Below, in pieces: positions 40,618 through 51,137 of a stretch of DNA of 64,000 bases (position 1 is its first letter; each line of letters starts with the position of its first letter). The notes beneath the pieces are model-generated. The model did not search any database. It saw only the letters and a list, made by a program, of their open reading frames with translations, and was not told where the DNA came from. This DNA comes from Chloroflexota bacterium (GTDB lineage Bacteria; Chloroflexota; Dehalococcoidia; Lucifugimonadales; JADFKI01): positions 57,616 to 121,615 of the forward strand of contig JAQBUT010000006.1 in NCBI GenBank assembly GCA_027623195.1, read 5' to 3'. Both the position numbers and the translations under genes were made by a program.

Positions 40618-41210
40618 GCCCTCAGGTCGGCGACGCCCTTGCTTAGCGCGTCATTCCAGGCCTCGGAGCCTACCAGTTCGGTAACTGGTTTAGGCTCCGA
40701 CGGAGAGGGAACTGATTCTTGCAAGTCCAGTTGCCACCAGCCAACGTCGTGCCATTTGCCGAGCTTGTAACCGATGTCGTTTAAGACGCCTACGGACCGG
40801 AACCCAATATGCTCATGAAGGCCAACGCTCGCCGGATTCGGCAGGGTTATTACTGCAATGGCCCTGCAGTATCCCTGGAGCCTCAGACATTCCAACAGGC
40901 TGGCGTACAGGGCTCTCCCCACACCACCTCGGTGACTGGTCGCGTCAACGTAGACGGTAACCTCACCCGCCCACTGATATGCCTCACGTGTCCTGAACGG
41001 CCCCGCGTAGGCATACCCCAGAATGCGGCCGTCCGATTCGTAGACGAGCCACGGGCGTTGACGCAACGTATTTTGGATACGCTCACGGAACTCACTCTTT
41101 GTTGGAGCTGTTAGCTCAAAAGAGATTGCAGTATCCCTGACAACCGGGGCGTAAATCTCCAGCATCTGGTCTGCGTCCGACGCCTCAGCAAGCCTTATTC
41201 CGACAGCCAA
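40614..41210 (-). CDS. GNAT N-acetyltransferase, phosphinothricin/ArsN type
   Basis: TAISFE, GYAYAG, REAY, GGVGRALY, LPNPASVGLHE, GYKLGKWHDV. Confidence 0.88.
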   Translation of the reverse strand: MAVGIRLAEASDADQMLEIYAPVVRDTAISFELTAPTKSEFRERIQNTLRQRPWLVYESDGRILGYAYAGPFRTREAYQWAGEVTVYVDATSHRGGVGRALYASLLECLRLQGYCRAIAVITLPNPASVGLHEHIGFRSVGVLNDIGYKLGKWHDVGWWQLDLQESVPSPSEPKPVTELVGSEAWNDALSKGVADLRA

Positions 41211-41219
41211 GATTGGGCC

Positions 41220-42014
41220 TTACGCCTTTCTGGCAAGCCAAATCTGCTCGCCACCGTAACGAAAGGGACCTCGATTGAAGTCACCAAACAGCGTCTCGAT
41301 ATGGAAACCGCTTAGACGAAGCAGGTACTCCATCTCGTGGCGGTACGTCCAGCGGAGCGACCACTTGGCGTAGCTTCTCTGAATCACAACGCCATCGCGA
41401 TCAATCTCCTCGAAGATACGATCCTCGTCGATAACCTGCTTCTCAAGATCATACTTACGCGTGTCCCAGATAACCACGCGGTTGCCGGTCTCTGGGTGAT
41501 TGAACTCGTGATGCTTGCGCAGAGGGCTTTCCGGATAGGACGAGTCCTCAAGTATCCAGTCCAGTCGCGGGTCGAAAATGTTGATTATCAACCTGCCGTC
41601 GTCAACAAGGTGGTCACGCATACGCTCCAGCACCCGGGCCTGGTCTTCAGGCGTAAGTATGTGACAAAAGGACCGGTAGGGAATCATCGCCGTGCCGAAC
41701 TTCTCGCCGTCGGGGGTGTCCACGTAGAAGCTGCGCATGTCGCCTTCAACGAGACTGACACGTCTTGCGACATCTCCACCTAACTCCGCGATCTTCTCCC
41801 TGGCTATGTCCAACATCGAAGCGGAGAGGTCGACGCCCACCACCTCAAGCCCAGCTTGCGCCAGAGGAATGGTAATGCGGCCGGTCCCGCAGGCAAGCTC
41901 CAGAACGCGACCCTCCGACTTTTTGGCCTCCTCAACGTAGAAGCGAGTGTCTCCCGTTAGGCCAAAAGTGTAGTGGTCATAAAGGGCGGAGTCTATTTTG
42001 GCGTACTGCTCCAT
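41220..42014 (-). CDS. Class I SAM-dependent methyltransferase
   Basis: VLELACGTGR, GVDLS, GDMRSF. Confidence 0.9.
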   Translation of the reverse strand: MEQYAKIDSALYDHYTFGLTGDTRFYVEEAKKSEGRVLELACGTGRITIPLAQAGLEVVGVDLSASMLDIAREKIAELGGDVARRVSLVEGDMRSFYVDTPDGEKFGTAMIPYRSFCHILTPEDQARVLERMRDHLVDDGRLIINIFDPRLDWILEDSSYPESPLRKHHEFNHPETGNRVVIWDTRKYDLEKQVIDEDRIFEEIDRDGVVIQRSYAKWSLRWTYRHEMEYLLRLSGFHIETLFGDFNRGPFRYGGEQIWLARKA

Positions 42015-42056
42015 ACATGGTCCTTTTCTTTGGAGAGTGCGGGGAGGCTCGCCCCA

Positions 42057-43184
42057 TTAGCCCAACGCCTGAGACAGGTCTTCCAGCAGGTCGTCGGCAT
42101 GCTCGATCCCAACTGACATACGCAGCAGGTTATCGGGTGTGGACGTGCCTGGCCCTTCAATGGAAGCTCGATGCTCGATGAGGCTCTCGGTTCCGCCCAG
42201 GCTAGTGGCCCGGGTGAAAACCTTGAGGTTTGCAGCCACCCGCATTGCTGCTTTTTCGCCACCGGCTACCTGCAAGGAAAGCATCCCGCCAAAATCTTTC
42301 ATCTGCCCTGCCGCAATGGCGTGGCCAGAGTGGGACGCCAAGCCGGGATAGTGTACCGCCTCCACCTTGGGATGATCGCTGAGGAATCGGGCTATCTTGC
42401 CTGCGTTGTCGCATTGGGCCTGCATACGCAAATGCAGAGTCCGGATTCCACGCAGCACCAGCCAGCAATCAAAGGCCGACGGCACTGCCCCGTACGTGCC
42501 CTGGATATCTCGAATTCGATCAAATGCGTCCTTGGCCTGCCCGACATTCTTGGCCACAACTGCGCCACCCAAAACGTCGCTGTGGCCTCCCAGGTACTTG
42601 GTGGTGGAATGGACGACCAGGTCTGCGCCGAGGTCCAAAGGCCGTTGGAGAATAGGGGTGGCCCACGTGTTGTCGCAGACGCGCAGCGCGCCAGCCTCGT
42701 GGGCGATGTCAGCCGTCGCCGCAATGTCCGTGATCTTCAGCATAGGGTTGGAAGGAGTCTCAAGCCAAACAAGTCTGGTGTTGGGCTTGATGGCTTGCCG
42801 AACCTGCTCCGCGTCAGTGGCGTCCACAAAGGTCGCGTCCAAACCCCAGCGGGCAAAGACGTCACGAAGGAGATTTGCTGTGCCGTGGTAGCAGTCGGCC
42901 GTCACAACGACGTGGTCGCCGGCGGACAGCGACTGGAAAACCGCCGCCGTGGCCTCTGATCCGGAAGAGAAGGCCGCGCACGCGTCGCCACCCTCCAGAG
43001 ACGCCAGCACGCCCTCCAACTGCTCTCGGTTGGGATTGCCCACGCGGGAGTAGACGTTGCCTCGCGAGTAGCCGCCGTCAGCGTCCCGCTCGAAGGTGGT
43101 GGACCGCTGAATGGGAGCGCCGATGGCCCCAGTGGTCGGGTCGACGTTATGGCTGGCGCGGGCAGCAATGGTTTCAGGGTTCAT
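42057..43184 (-). CDS. Cystathionine gamma-synthase/lyase family PLP enzyme
   Basis: YSRVGNP, ETPSNP, DNTWATP, HSTTKYLGGHSD, SLGGTESL. Confidence 0.92.
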   Translation of the reverse strand: MNPETIAARASHNVDPTTGAIGAPIQRSTTFERDADGGYSRGNVYSRVGNPNREQLEGVLASLEGGDACAAFSSGSEATAAVFQSLSAGDHVVVTADCYHGTANLLRDVFARWGLDATFVDATDAEQVRQAIKPNTRLVWLETPSNPMLKITDIAATADIAHEAGALRVCDNTWATPILQRPLDLGADLVVHSTTKYLGGHSDVLGGAVVAKNVGQAKDAFDRIRDIQGTYGAVPSAFDCWLVLRGIRTLHLRMQAQCDNAGKIARFLSDHPKVEAVHYPGLASHSGHAIAAGQMKDFGGMLSLQVAGGEKAAMRVAANLKVFTRATSLGGTESLIEHRASIEGPGTSTPDNLLRMSVGIEHADDLLEDLSQALG

Positions 43185-43209
43185 AAATGCCGGACCGACA
43201 ATCTCATCA

Positions 43210-43443
43210 TTAAAATGGCGGAGTATATTCGTAGAGGGGAGCGGAGCCGACGGGTTTGTGACCGCTCTTGAGAAGGAATTGGATGTGGCGCATGGTCTGA
43301 GGCTTCAGGAGAACGTCACCACACTCGGAGCATAGCTCTGCTGGAACGTGGTCCATGACTACGATCTGTTCCTCATGTCTGATGGTGTGTACGATGTGAC
43401 GCTCCTCGTACTCACCCCGACAGCCGGGAATGCCGCATTTCAT
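43210..43443 (-). CDS. YgiT/MqsA-type zinc finger protein
   Basis: MKCGIPGC..VPAELCSECGD; GGAG RBS. Confidence 0.8.
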   Translation of the reverse strand: MKCGIPGCRGEYEERHIVHTIRHEEQIVVMDHVPAELCSECGDVLLKPQTMRHIQFLLKSGHKPVGSAPLYEYTPPF

Positions 43444-43486
43444 ATACTTTTCTCCATAGCACAGGCCAGCATATTTCCTTCGATGC

Positions 43487-44611
43487 CTATAACCCTATCG
43501 CCTGGGCCACGGCCTCCAGGTGGAAGTCAGAATCACCGAAGGCCACCTCGGCTGCCTTGGCACGCCGGGAGTAAAGCTGCATGTTGTGCTCTTTGGTGAA
43601 GCCAATAGCGCCGTGGCACTGGTGGCCAAGGTCGCATACGCGGCGGTAGGCATCGCTGACCCACGCCTTGGCTATGGCGACCTCCTGCTTAGCCGGCATG
43701 CCCTCGGACAGATGCCAAGCGGCCTGGTACGTGATGTAGCGGGAACCCTCCACATCTGTGGCCATGTTGGCGCAGTGGTGTTGAATGGCCTGGAACGAGC
43801 CAATGGGCCGTCCGAACTGAGTGCGCTGCTTGACGTACTCCACCGTCATATCTAGGACTTCCTGTGCGCCTCCGACCATCTCGGCGCACTTGCCGATAGC
43901 TCCCCAGGCAAGCACCTTCTCGATGGTGTCCCAGCCCTTGTTGACCTGGCCTAGCAGTGCAGAGGCAGGCACGCTAACGTTGTCCAACACGATCTCGGAC
44001 TGCCTGTCGGATGCGATGGTTTGCAGAAGAGTCTGGCTAACGCCCCCGGTGTTGCGCGGCACAAGGAACAGGGATATGTCCTTTTCGCCATCGCCGGTGC
44101 GCGCGGCAACGACGTAAGTGTCCGACACATGGGCATTGGGCACGAAGAGCTTGGTGCCACTTATAGTCCAACCGCCGCCACTCTGCGTCGCGGTGGTCTC
44201 CACACCATGGGCGTCCCAACGAGCGCTGGGCTCTGTCAGTGCAAGGGTAACGATTAGCTGACCCTCGGCTATCTGAGGCAGTAGTTCTTGCTTCTGCTCT
44301 TCGCTACCAGCGTCCAGCACGGTCATGCCCCCCATGACGACTGTTGAAAACAGAGGTCCCGGCATCATCACTCGACCCGTCTCCTCTAGAAGGACCGACA
44401 GGTCCAGAAAGTTAAGGCCGATGCCGCCATACTGTTCCGGAAAAATGAGGCCCAACCAGCCCTGCTCCGCGATCTTCTGCCACATCTCCTGCGTATAGCC
44501 GCGTTCGTCCTCTTCCATTTCTCGGACGTACGTAGTTGGGCACTCCGCGTCCAGGAACTCCCTGGCGCTGTTCTTTAGCATCTGCTGCGCTTCGTTAAGT
44601 CCAAGGTCCAT
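43487..44611 (-). CDS. Acyl-CoA dehydrogenase, shorter (beta-type) subunit
   Basis: ALTEP, GTKLFV, RTQFGRPIGSFQAIQH, HQCHGAIGFT. Confidence 0.9.
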   Translation of the reverse strand: MDLGLNEAQQMLKNSAREFLDAECPTTYVREMEEDERGYTQEMWQKIAEQGWLGLIFPEQYGGIGLNFLDLSVLLEETGRVMMPGPLFSTVVMGGMTVLDAGSEEQKQELLPQIAEGQLIVTLALTEPSARWDAHGVETTATQSGGGWTISGTKLFVPNAHVSDTYVVAARTGDGEKDISLFLVPRNTGGVSQTLLQTIASDRQSEIVLDNVSVPASALLGQVNKGWDTIEKVLAWGAIGKCAEMVGGAQEVLDMTVEYVKQRTQFGRPIGSFQAIQHHCANMATDVEGSRYITYQAAWHLSEGMPAKQEVAIAKAWVSDAYRRVCDLGHQCHGAIGFTKEHNMQLYSRRAKAAEVAFGDSDFHLEAVAQAIGL

Positions 44612-44666
44612 TTGCGTGATCCTCCAGCGCCCTCCTGAGGAAAGACGCCAAGTATGTAGAGTCCGG

Positions 44667-45839
44667 CTAACCTCTGGGCAGCCCCAGGCCGCGGGTTGCG
44701 ATGATGTTGCGCTGAATCTCTGACGTGCCTGCGGCGATAGTGGCCGAGACAGTCGTCATGTAAGCCTGTTGAATTCGACCTCGCAGCGGCGCGTGCTTGG
44801 AGTCTGGCCCAAGCTGTCCGTGGAGGCCCAGAATCTCCATGCCAACCCTGGCTACCTTTTGTTGCAACTCTGTTCCGAAGGACTTGCCCATGGATGATTC
44901 CTTGTTGGGCACAAGTCCCTGGCTCTGCATCCACGTGATGTTGTAGGAGAGCAGACGGCTGACCTCCGTCTGGACGGTAAGGTCGGCCAGTTTGCGGCTA
45001 ATGACGGGATCGTCGATTAGCCTGCGGCCGTTGCGGTTGGTGTCCTTGCAAAACTGGATTAACTCTTCTAGCGTTCGCTTGGAGCCTGCGGAATACTCCA
45101 CTCCTGACCGCTCGAAGTCCAGCAACGTAGCGCCGACGTACCAGCCTCGGTTCAGTTCACCCACCAGGTTCTTCTTGGGCACGCGGGCATCCTCGAAGGT
45201 CACCATATTGAAGCTATGGACATCGGCCATATTGATGATGGGTTGGACTTCTACGCCTGGTTGATGCATGTCGGCCAACAGAAAGCTTATGCCGCGATGC
45301 TTGGGCGCGTCCGGCTCGGTGCGGGCGAGTACCATGATGTGGTCGGCATGGTGCGCGTTTGATGTCCACACCTTGGTGCCGTTAATAACGAAGTCATCGC
45401 CGTCTTCCACGGCCCTAGTCTGTAGCGACGCCAGGTCGGAGCCTGACTCTGGTTCGGAGTAGCCCTGGCACCACTGCACCTCGCCACGAGCTATAGGAGG
45501 GAGGTACTCTCGCTTCTGCTCTTCGGTGCCGTGAATCATAAGCGTAGGCGCTAGCATCTTGGTAGCGAACTGATCTCGGCCCGGCGCGCGCTGGTAGGCC
45601 ATCTCTTCCGCAAAGATGAGCTGCATCATGTGAGAAGCGCCCTGGCCACCGTACTCCTCCGGCCATGCCATTGTCAGCCAGCCCTTTTGGGCTAGCTTCT
45701 TGCGCATCTCCAGTGTGAAGCCCCAGTTTTCCTGTTCCTCATCTTGGCCGCCAGCCCAGTCATCTGGCAACTCATTCTTAAGGAACTCCCTTAATTCCTG
45801 ACGGAAGTTATCCTCTTCAGGCGTGAATTTGAACTCCAT
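44667..45839 (-). CDS. Acyl-CoA dehydrogenase, catalytic (alpha-type) subunit
   Basis: WCQGYSEPESGSDLASL, NGTKVWTS, LDFER, AGTSEIQRNIIA. Confidence 0.92.
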   Translation of the reverse strand: MEFKFTPEEDNFRQELREFLKNELPDDWAGGQDEEQENWGFTLEMRKKLAQKGWLTMAWPEEYGGQGASHMMQLIFAEEMAYQRAPGRDQFATKMLAPTLMIHGTEEQKREYLPPIARGEVQWCQGYSEPESGSDLASLQTRAVEDGDDFVINGTKVWTSNAHHADHIMVLARTEPDAPKHRGISFLLADMHQPGVEVQPIINMADVHSFNMVTFEDARVPKKNLVGELNRGWYVGATLLDFERSGVEYSAGSKRTLEELIQFCKDTNRNGRRLIDDPVISRKLADLTVQTEVSRLLSYNITWMQSQGLVPNKESSMGKSFGTELQQKVARVGMEILGLHGQLGPDSKHAPLRGRIQQAYMTTVSATIAAGTSEIQRNIIATRGLGLPRG

Positions 45840-45878
45840 TGGTCTACTCCACTCCTAAATTGCGGGCACTCCTAGGTG

Positions 45879-46118
45879 TTAGGCGCTCCCAACTGAAAGA
45901 CAGGTCACTGTGCGGACTATGCCATTGATGGTATGAATTTGAGAAGTAACCAGGTCTCCTACCGCGTTAAGGTCCGGCGCGGCTACGATGGCAATAATGT
46001 CGTACGGTCCGGTAACTGAGTCCACGTTCTCCACACCCACAAGGGAGCTCAACGCTTCGGCAACGCCACGAGATTTACCTACCGCCGTTTCAATGAGTAT
46101 GTATGCTTTGGTTGGCAT
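45879..46118 (-). CDS. Stand-alone Lrp/AsnC ligand-binding domain protein
   Basis: KAYILI..VTGPYDIIA..GIVRTVTC; GGAGG RBS. Confidence 0.88.
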   Translation of the reverse strand: MPTKAYILIETAVGKSRGVAEALSSLVGVENVDSVTGPYDIIAIVAAPDLNAVGDLVTSQIHTINGIVRTVTCLSVGSA

Positions 46119-46390
46119 GCTGAACCTCCTCAGTGATGAATCAAGATAGGATGTTCATTTACTTATTGCCCCTGCATTCTATCGGTGTTGGCGAATGGGT
46201 GTCAATCGCATCGGCATGGGGCGGCAACGCCCCGTGACCTGCCTTTATGACGAGGGGCATAAAGTTATTTAGGCACCCTGGCTGCACATACGTGCCGATT
46301 GCGAGAATCGGAAAATGAACTAGCGTATACAGGCGCGGGTAGTTAAGTCGATAGGTTGGAGAAGTCGGCACTGCCTAACAGGATCATGTC

Positions 46391-47539
46391 TTATCGCAGC
46401 GCTCGAAAGTGCGACCGGATGTCCTCCACAAGGCGTTCCGGCCTCTCCAGCGCGGCGAAGTGGCCACCGTCCGGCATATCAGTCCACTGCCTCAAGTCGA
46501 ACACTCGCTCACCCCACTCGCGAGGCGGGCGCGAGATATCCTTGGGGAAAGAGGCGACTGCCGTGGGAACTTCAATTTTTTCGCCCGGCCGGAGCACCAG
46601 GGGATCCCGTTGGGACTCATAGTAGATACGTACCGAGGAGCTAATGGTCTGTGTGACCCAGTATATGGTGATGTTGGTTAGAAGCTCGTCCTTGGTGTAG
46701 ACGCTTTCCAGGTCGCCGTTGCAATCGGACCATGATCGGAATTTTTCGATAATCCACGCCGCCAGTCCAACTGGCGAATCGGTAAGGCCATATGAAAGGG
46801 TCTGAGGTTTCGTGCCCTGGATATGTCCGTAGGCTCCCTCTTCTTCCCGCCAGCGAGCCCGCGCGCCAAGGAAGTCCCCTTCGGCCTGTGTAAGCTGCGT
46901 GGAGCCCGGCCCCAGGTCCGGCATCGCAGACACGCCAGCCACGTGGAGACCTATCATCTTGTCCGGATGCCTGTGACCCAACCCTGCCGTCACGCCAGCG
47001 CCCCAGTCGCCTCCCTGAGCACCAAACCTTTTGTATTCTAGTATGTCAGTCATCAGCATTGCCCATAGGTCCGAAACTCGCTGGAAGCTCCAGCCTCGCT
47101 CCGTCGTTCTATCGGAAAAGCCGAAGCTAGGCATAGACGGCACCACAACGTCGAAGGCGTCGGCGGCATCGCCTCCATACGAGGCAGGATCGGAAAGCAT
47201 GGGAATTATCTTATGCATCTCCCAGAAGGTGGAGGGCCAACCGTGGGTAATTAGCAGCGGCATGGGATTGGGCCCCTTGCCCTTCTCCTGGATGAAGTGG
47301 ACTCCGATACCGTTTACGTCGGCTCGAAACTGCGAGAAGCCGTTGAGAAAGGCCTCGTGCTTGCGCCAGTCGTACTGGTTAAGCCAGTAGTCGGCCAACT
47401 CCCTTATGTACGCCATGTTGGAGCCGTAGTCCCAACCTGTGCCGGGAATCTCATCGGGCCAACGGGTGCCTGCAATTCGCCGTCTAAGGTCTTCCAGAAC
47501 ATCGTCAGGAATAGCTATCTGAAACGGTTCAACAGACAT
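46391..47539 (-). CDS. Epoxide hydrolase (EHN + alpha/beta hydrolase)
   Basis: TRWPD, HGWP, QGGDWG, DSPVGLAAW, GGHFAALE. Confidence 0.93.
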   Translation of the reverse strand: MSVEPFQIAIPDDVLEDLRRRIAGTRWPDEIPGTGWDYGSNMAYIRELADYWLNQYDWRKHEAFLNGFSQFRADVNGIGVHFIQEKGKGPNPMPLLITHGWPSTFWEMHKIIPMLSDPASYGGDAADAFDVVVPSMPSFGFSDRTTERGWSFQRVSDLWAMLMTDILEYKRFGAQGGDWGAGVTAGLGHRHPDKMIGLHVAGVSAMPDLGPGSTQLTQAEGDFLGARARWREEEGAYGHIQGTKPQTLSYGLTDSPVGLAAWIIEKFRSWSDCNGDLESVYTKDELLTNITIYWVTQTISSSVRIYYESQRDPLVLRPGEKIEVPTAVASFPKDISRPPREWGERVFDLRQWTDMPDGGHFAALERPERLVEDIRSHFRALR

Positions 47540-47646
47540 GAGAGTCTCCTTTAACGTCTTAGGCTGATCATTGCGAGTTTGGCACCAATAAACCAAAGGA
47601 TATCCTGTAGATCGCCAGCGCGCAATTGGAGTGTACTCGCGCGACG

Positions 47647-49017
47647 CTAGTCGGCGGTGGCGGAGAACCGAACTGGATCAGTTCTAGATGGCAGTTGCGG
47701 TTTCTTGGCAAACAGGAGCAGAACTCCGCCCAGGAAATTGAACCCTGCCAGGGTCACGAAGGCGATGTCATAGTTACCCAGAGTGTCTCTCATATAGCCC
47801 GCAAAGATGGGCGAAATCAGCAGCAACACATTCATTGGAAGCTGCGTCATGCCCATAATCTTCCCAAATGACGATCGGCCAAAGTAGTCGCCTCTGATTG
47901 ACGTGGTCAGGGGATTTCGACCGCCGAAACCCATGCCAAACACAACGGCGAACAGGAACACGTAGGCAATATTGGGAGCGAATATGAGTATAAATATTGC
48001 GCTGGCCTGAATCGAAGAAAAGAAGAACAGAGCAACCCGTTTAGGCACCCGGTCTCCCATGTAACCACCAATGAGTTGAAACACCATGGAAACAGCCGTA
48101 TAAGCGGTTACAACCAGTCCGGCCATAGGCACGGAGTACCCCCGGTCCAACGTAAGCAATGGAGCCAGGTGGGCCATGATCGCTATGATTATCATTGACG
48201 TGAAGCCGTGCCCGAAGGCAATCAGCCAGAACGCCCGCGTCACGATGGCCTGTCTTAGGGTGAAGTCTCCGTCCGGCACCTGAACCCTGGGCGACGACGA
48301 AACACCCGACCCATCTATTTCATCGGCTGTCGAATCGGAATCTACCGCCAGGTCCTCAACGGGCGGATCACCATCGGTTCGCAGACCCATGTCTTCGGGC
48401 CGGTTACGAATTACCTTGGAAATAGGGAGGGCAAGGCTGAGGCTCGTAACGGCCAGAAACACAGCCGTAGTTCGCCAGCCTATATTGTCCTGGGCGGGGT
48501 CTACTGCCCACGCCATGGCAGGTATCAGAATCAGCGCTCCCAGTCGACTGATAGAGCTGGAAAAACCCATAGCCGTAGTGCGGTTCCGGACAAACCAGTT
48601 GTTGAGCAGGGTGTTCATGGGTAGCCAGCCACCCATTCCCTGTCCAAACGCCATGATTATGAAAGCCACGTAGAACATCCAGAGGTTCTGGACCTGACTA
48701 AGAAATAAGAATCCGCAGCCAAGAACAATTAGGCCAATGAATATGATGCGACGCGGACCCAAGCGATCAGTGAGGTAACCCTCCACGGGGCCCATAATAC
48801 CGCCCTCAACGCGAGTCAGGGAAAAGGCGAGGGATAGCTGGGTGCGGTTCCAGCCGAACGCAGCCTCAAGCGCCACAAACCAGAGGCCCATGGCATGGAA
48901 AAGGGGAACACTGGTAACCGAATGTATTACGCCGCCGACGGGAACAAGCCACCACCCATAGAACGTCCCTCTTACCTTAGTCTGAAGCCTGACGTTCCAG
49001 TTATGAATGACGGACAA
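47647..49017 (-). CDS. MFS transporter
   Basis: FYGWW, GYLTDRLGPRR, GYMGDRVPKR, DYFGR; about 12 hydrophobic segments. Confidence 0.9.
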   Translation of the reverse strand: MSVIHNWNVRLQTKVRGTFYGWWLVPVGGVIHSVTSVPLFHAMGLWFVALEAAFGWNRTQLSLAFSLTRVEGGIMGPVEGYLTDRLGPRRIIFIGLIVLGCGFLFLSQVQNLWMFYVAFIIMAFGQGMGGWLPMNTLLNNWFVRNRTTAMGFSSSISRLGALILIPAMAWAVDPAQDNIGWRTTAVFLAVTSLSLALPISKVIRNRPEDMGLRTDGDPPVEDLAVDSDSTADEIDGSGVSSSPRVQVPDGDFTLRQAIVTRAFWLIAFGHGFTSMIIIAIMAHLAPLLTLDRGYSVPMAGLVVTAYTAVSMVFQLIGGYMGDRVPKRVALFFFSSIQASAIFILIFAPNIAYVFLFAVVFGMGFGGRNPLTTSIRGDYFGRSSFGKIMGMTQLPMNVLLLISPIFAGYMRDTLGNYDIAFVTLAGFNFLGGVLLLFAKKPQLPSRTDPVRFSATAD

Positions 49018-49079
49018 ATGGACCTCCCGAATTTTGCGACGCTTAACAGTCTAGCACAGGAATTTCACACGCTACAGCA

Positions 49080-50174
49080 TCAGGTGCTACCTGCCGTTGC
49101 CGCTTCCGACGGAAAGTACCTTCGTTGAAAATAAAGGGCTAAGTTCACGAGGCCGATGAGCACGGGCACTTCTACTAATGGGCCAACAACTGCTGCCAAC
49201 GCCACACCCGAACCTATGCCGAATACGCCGACGGCCACTGCTATCGCTAGCTCGAAGTTGTTGCCAGACGCTGTAAAAGCTATGGTAGCGCTCTTTGAAT
49301 AATCGGCTCCAAGCCGCTTTCCCATGTAGAAAGAGACCAGGAACATGACCACGAAGTAGATGAAAAGCGGGATGGCAATTCTCACCACGTCCAGCGGTAT
49401 CTGCACGATAACCTCACCCTTGAGCGAAAACATCACCAGTATGGTGAACAGCAGCGCTATTAGGGTTATTGGGCTGATCCTGGGAATGAAAACTTCTTCG
49501 TAGAACAGGCGACCTTTTAGGCGCAAGAGCACCATCCGGGTTAACAATCCGCCTACGAAAGGGACACCCAAATAAATGCCTACACTCTGCGCTATCCGGC
49601 CGATACCGACGTCGACTACCAGGCCCTCCATTCCGAACCAGGTAGGCAGAACAGTAATAAATACGTAGGCAAATACAGAGTAGAAAAGAATCTGGAAAAT
49701 GGAATTTAAGGCGACCAGTCCGGCTGCGTACTGACTATCACCCTTGGCCAGATCGTTCCAAACCAACACCATTGCGATGCAGCGGGCCAAGCCGATCATA
49801 ATGACGCCGACCATAAATTCCGGATATGCCCTGAGGAAGACTATGGCCAGAAGAAACATCAGCACAGGGCCGATGAGCCAGTTCTGCACCAGGGAAAGGC
49901 AAAGAATACGCCAGTCCCGGAAGACCTCGCCCAACTCCTCGTAGCGCACTTTGGCCAACGGGGGGTACATCATCAGGATGAGGCCAACGGCAATGGGTAT
50001 GGATGTTGTGCCGACGTTGAACGACTCGGTGAGACTTCCTACGCCGGGCCACAAGTATCCTATTCCGACGCCAATCGCCATCGCCAGGAATATCCAACCG
50101 GTAAGAAACCTATCTAATAGGGAAAGGTTGCGTAACCCTATCCGTGATGATTCAGCAAATGCTTGAGTGCCCAC
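49080..50174 (-). CDS. acr3: ACR3 family arsenite efflux transporter
   Basis: [44 protein letters not shown]. Confidence 0.93.
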   Translation of the reverse strand: MGTQAFAESSRIGLRNLSLLDRFLTGWIFLAMAIGVGIGYLWPGVGSLTESFNVGTTSIPIAVGLILMMYPPLAKVRYEELGEVFRDWRILCLSLVQNWLIGPVLMFLLAIVFLRAYPEFMVGVIMIGLARCIAMVLVWNDLAKGDSQYAAGLVALNSIFQILFYSVFAYVFITVLPTWFGMEGLVVDVGIGRIAQSVGIYLGVPFVGGLLTRMVLLRLKGRLFYEEVFIPRISPITLIALLFTILVMFSLKGEVIVQIPLDVVRIAIPLFIYFVVMFLVSFYMGKRLGADYSKSATIAFTASGNNFELAIAVAVGVFGIGSGVALAAVVGPLVEVPVLIGLVNLALYFQRRYFPSEAATAGST

Positions 50175-50208
50175 ATTATCCCCCGCGCGAAGGTCTCCTA
50201 TTACAAAT

Positions 50209-50238
50209 ATGGGGGCGGTGTTATGACACCGCCCCCAT
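50209..50238 (-). terminator. Hairpin terminator after oxidoreductase operon
   Basis: ATGGGGGCGGTGT-TATG-ACACCGCCCCCAT perfect stem. Confidence 0.7.
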
Positions 50239-50270
50239 TGCTAACCTCTGACCGATATGCCGCAATATAC

Positions 50271-51137
50271 TTAGATTGCGAAGGATTCGATTATGCTCTC
50301 TATTTTTCGTTCGAAAGACTTGTTGTTGATCTCATCAACGCGGTCCTGCAGGGACGGGCGCTCCGTGTTTCTGTAAATGACCCCAAGAGGTATACCGCCC
50401 TGTTTCACGACCTCGTATGCCTGCTCCAAATCGGAGGAATCGTGCTGTTCGGGAATGTTCCACGCCAAGGGTGCAATGCCTTCCTTGGGGTTACCCTTCA
50501 GTTCCTGGAAGGTATTGTTGTAAGTGGTGCAAGGGGACTGGACGTGCACTACAGAAAAGCCCTTATGGTTCATCGCGTCTGCAATAGTCGTGCCCAAATC
50601 CTTAACCCGGGTGGAAACATGGGATGCCAGGTACGAAACCCCCAGGGCCAGGTAAAGCATGAGCGGATTTAAGGCTTGCTCAGACTTTCCGAAAGGAGTG
50701 GAGCTGGTAATAGTGTCCACCTTTGTGGTCGGGGAACTCTGACCCTTGGTTAGCCCGTATACCCCGTTATCCATAATGACGGCTGTTATGTCCAGGTTTC
50801 GCGCGGCCTGTGGAGCGATATGCTCCTGGCCAATGCTCAGGAAGTCTCCGTCGCCGGCAACGACCAAAACGTTAAGGCTAGGGCTACCCATCTTAACGCC
50901 CATCGCAATGGGAAGGCTCCTGCCGTGGATGCCATGAATACCGTACGGCTGCTCGCCCTCCAACAGATGTACCATGTTGCCGGAGCATCCAATACCCGCC
51001 ACGACGACATTGTTCACCATGGGTTGCTCGGTCTCGGTCTGTCGTTGCTTCAGGGCCGCCTCAATGGCACGCCTTACGCCGAAGTCACCGCACCCTGGGC
51101 ACCATTTGAAATCGTACTCAGGATTTTTCGCGCTCAT
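50271..51137 (-). CDS. 2-oxoacid:ferredoxin oxidoreductase beta subunit
   Basis: WCPGCGD, GIGCS, GDGD, DNGVYGLTKGQ, SPC. Confidence 0.93.
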   Translation of the reverse strand: MSAKNPEYDFKWCPGCGDFGVRRAIEAALKQRQTETEQPMVNNVVVAGIGCSGNMVHLLEGEQPYGIHGIHGRSLPIAMGVKMGSPSLNVLVVAGDGDFLSIGQEHIAPQAARNLDITAVIMDNGVYGLTKGQSSPTTKVDTITSSTPFGKSEQALNPLMLYLALGVSYLASHVSTRVKDLGTTIADAMNHKGFSVVHVQSPCTTYNNTFQELKGNPKEGIAPLAWNIPEQHDSSDLEQAYEVVKQGGIPLGVIYRNTERPSLQDRVDEINNKSFERKIESIIESFAI

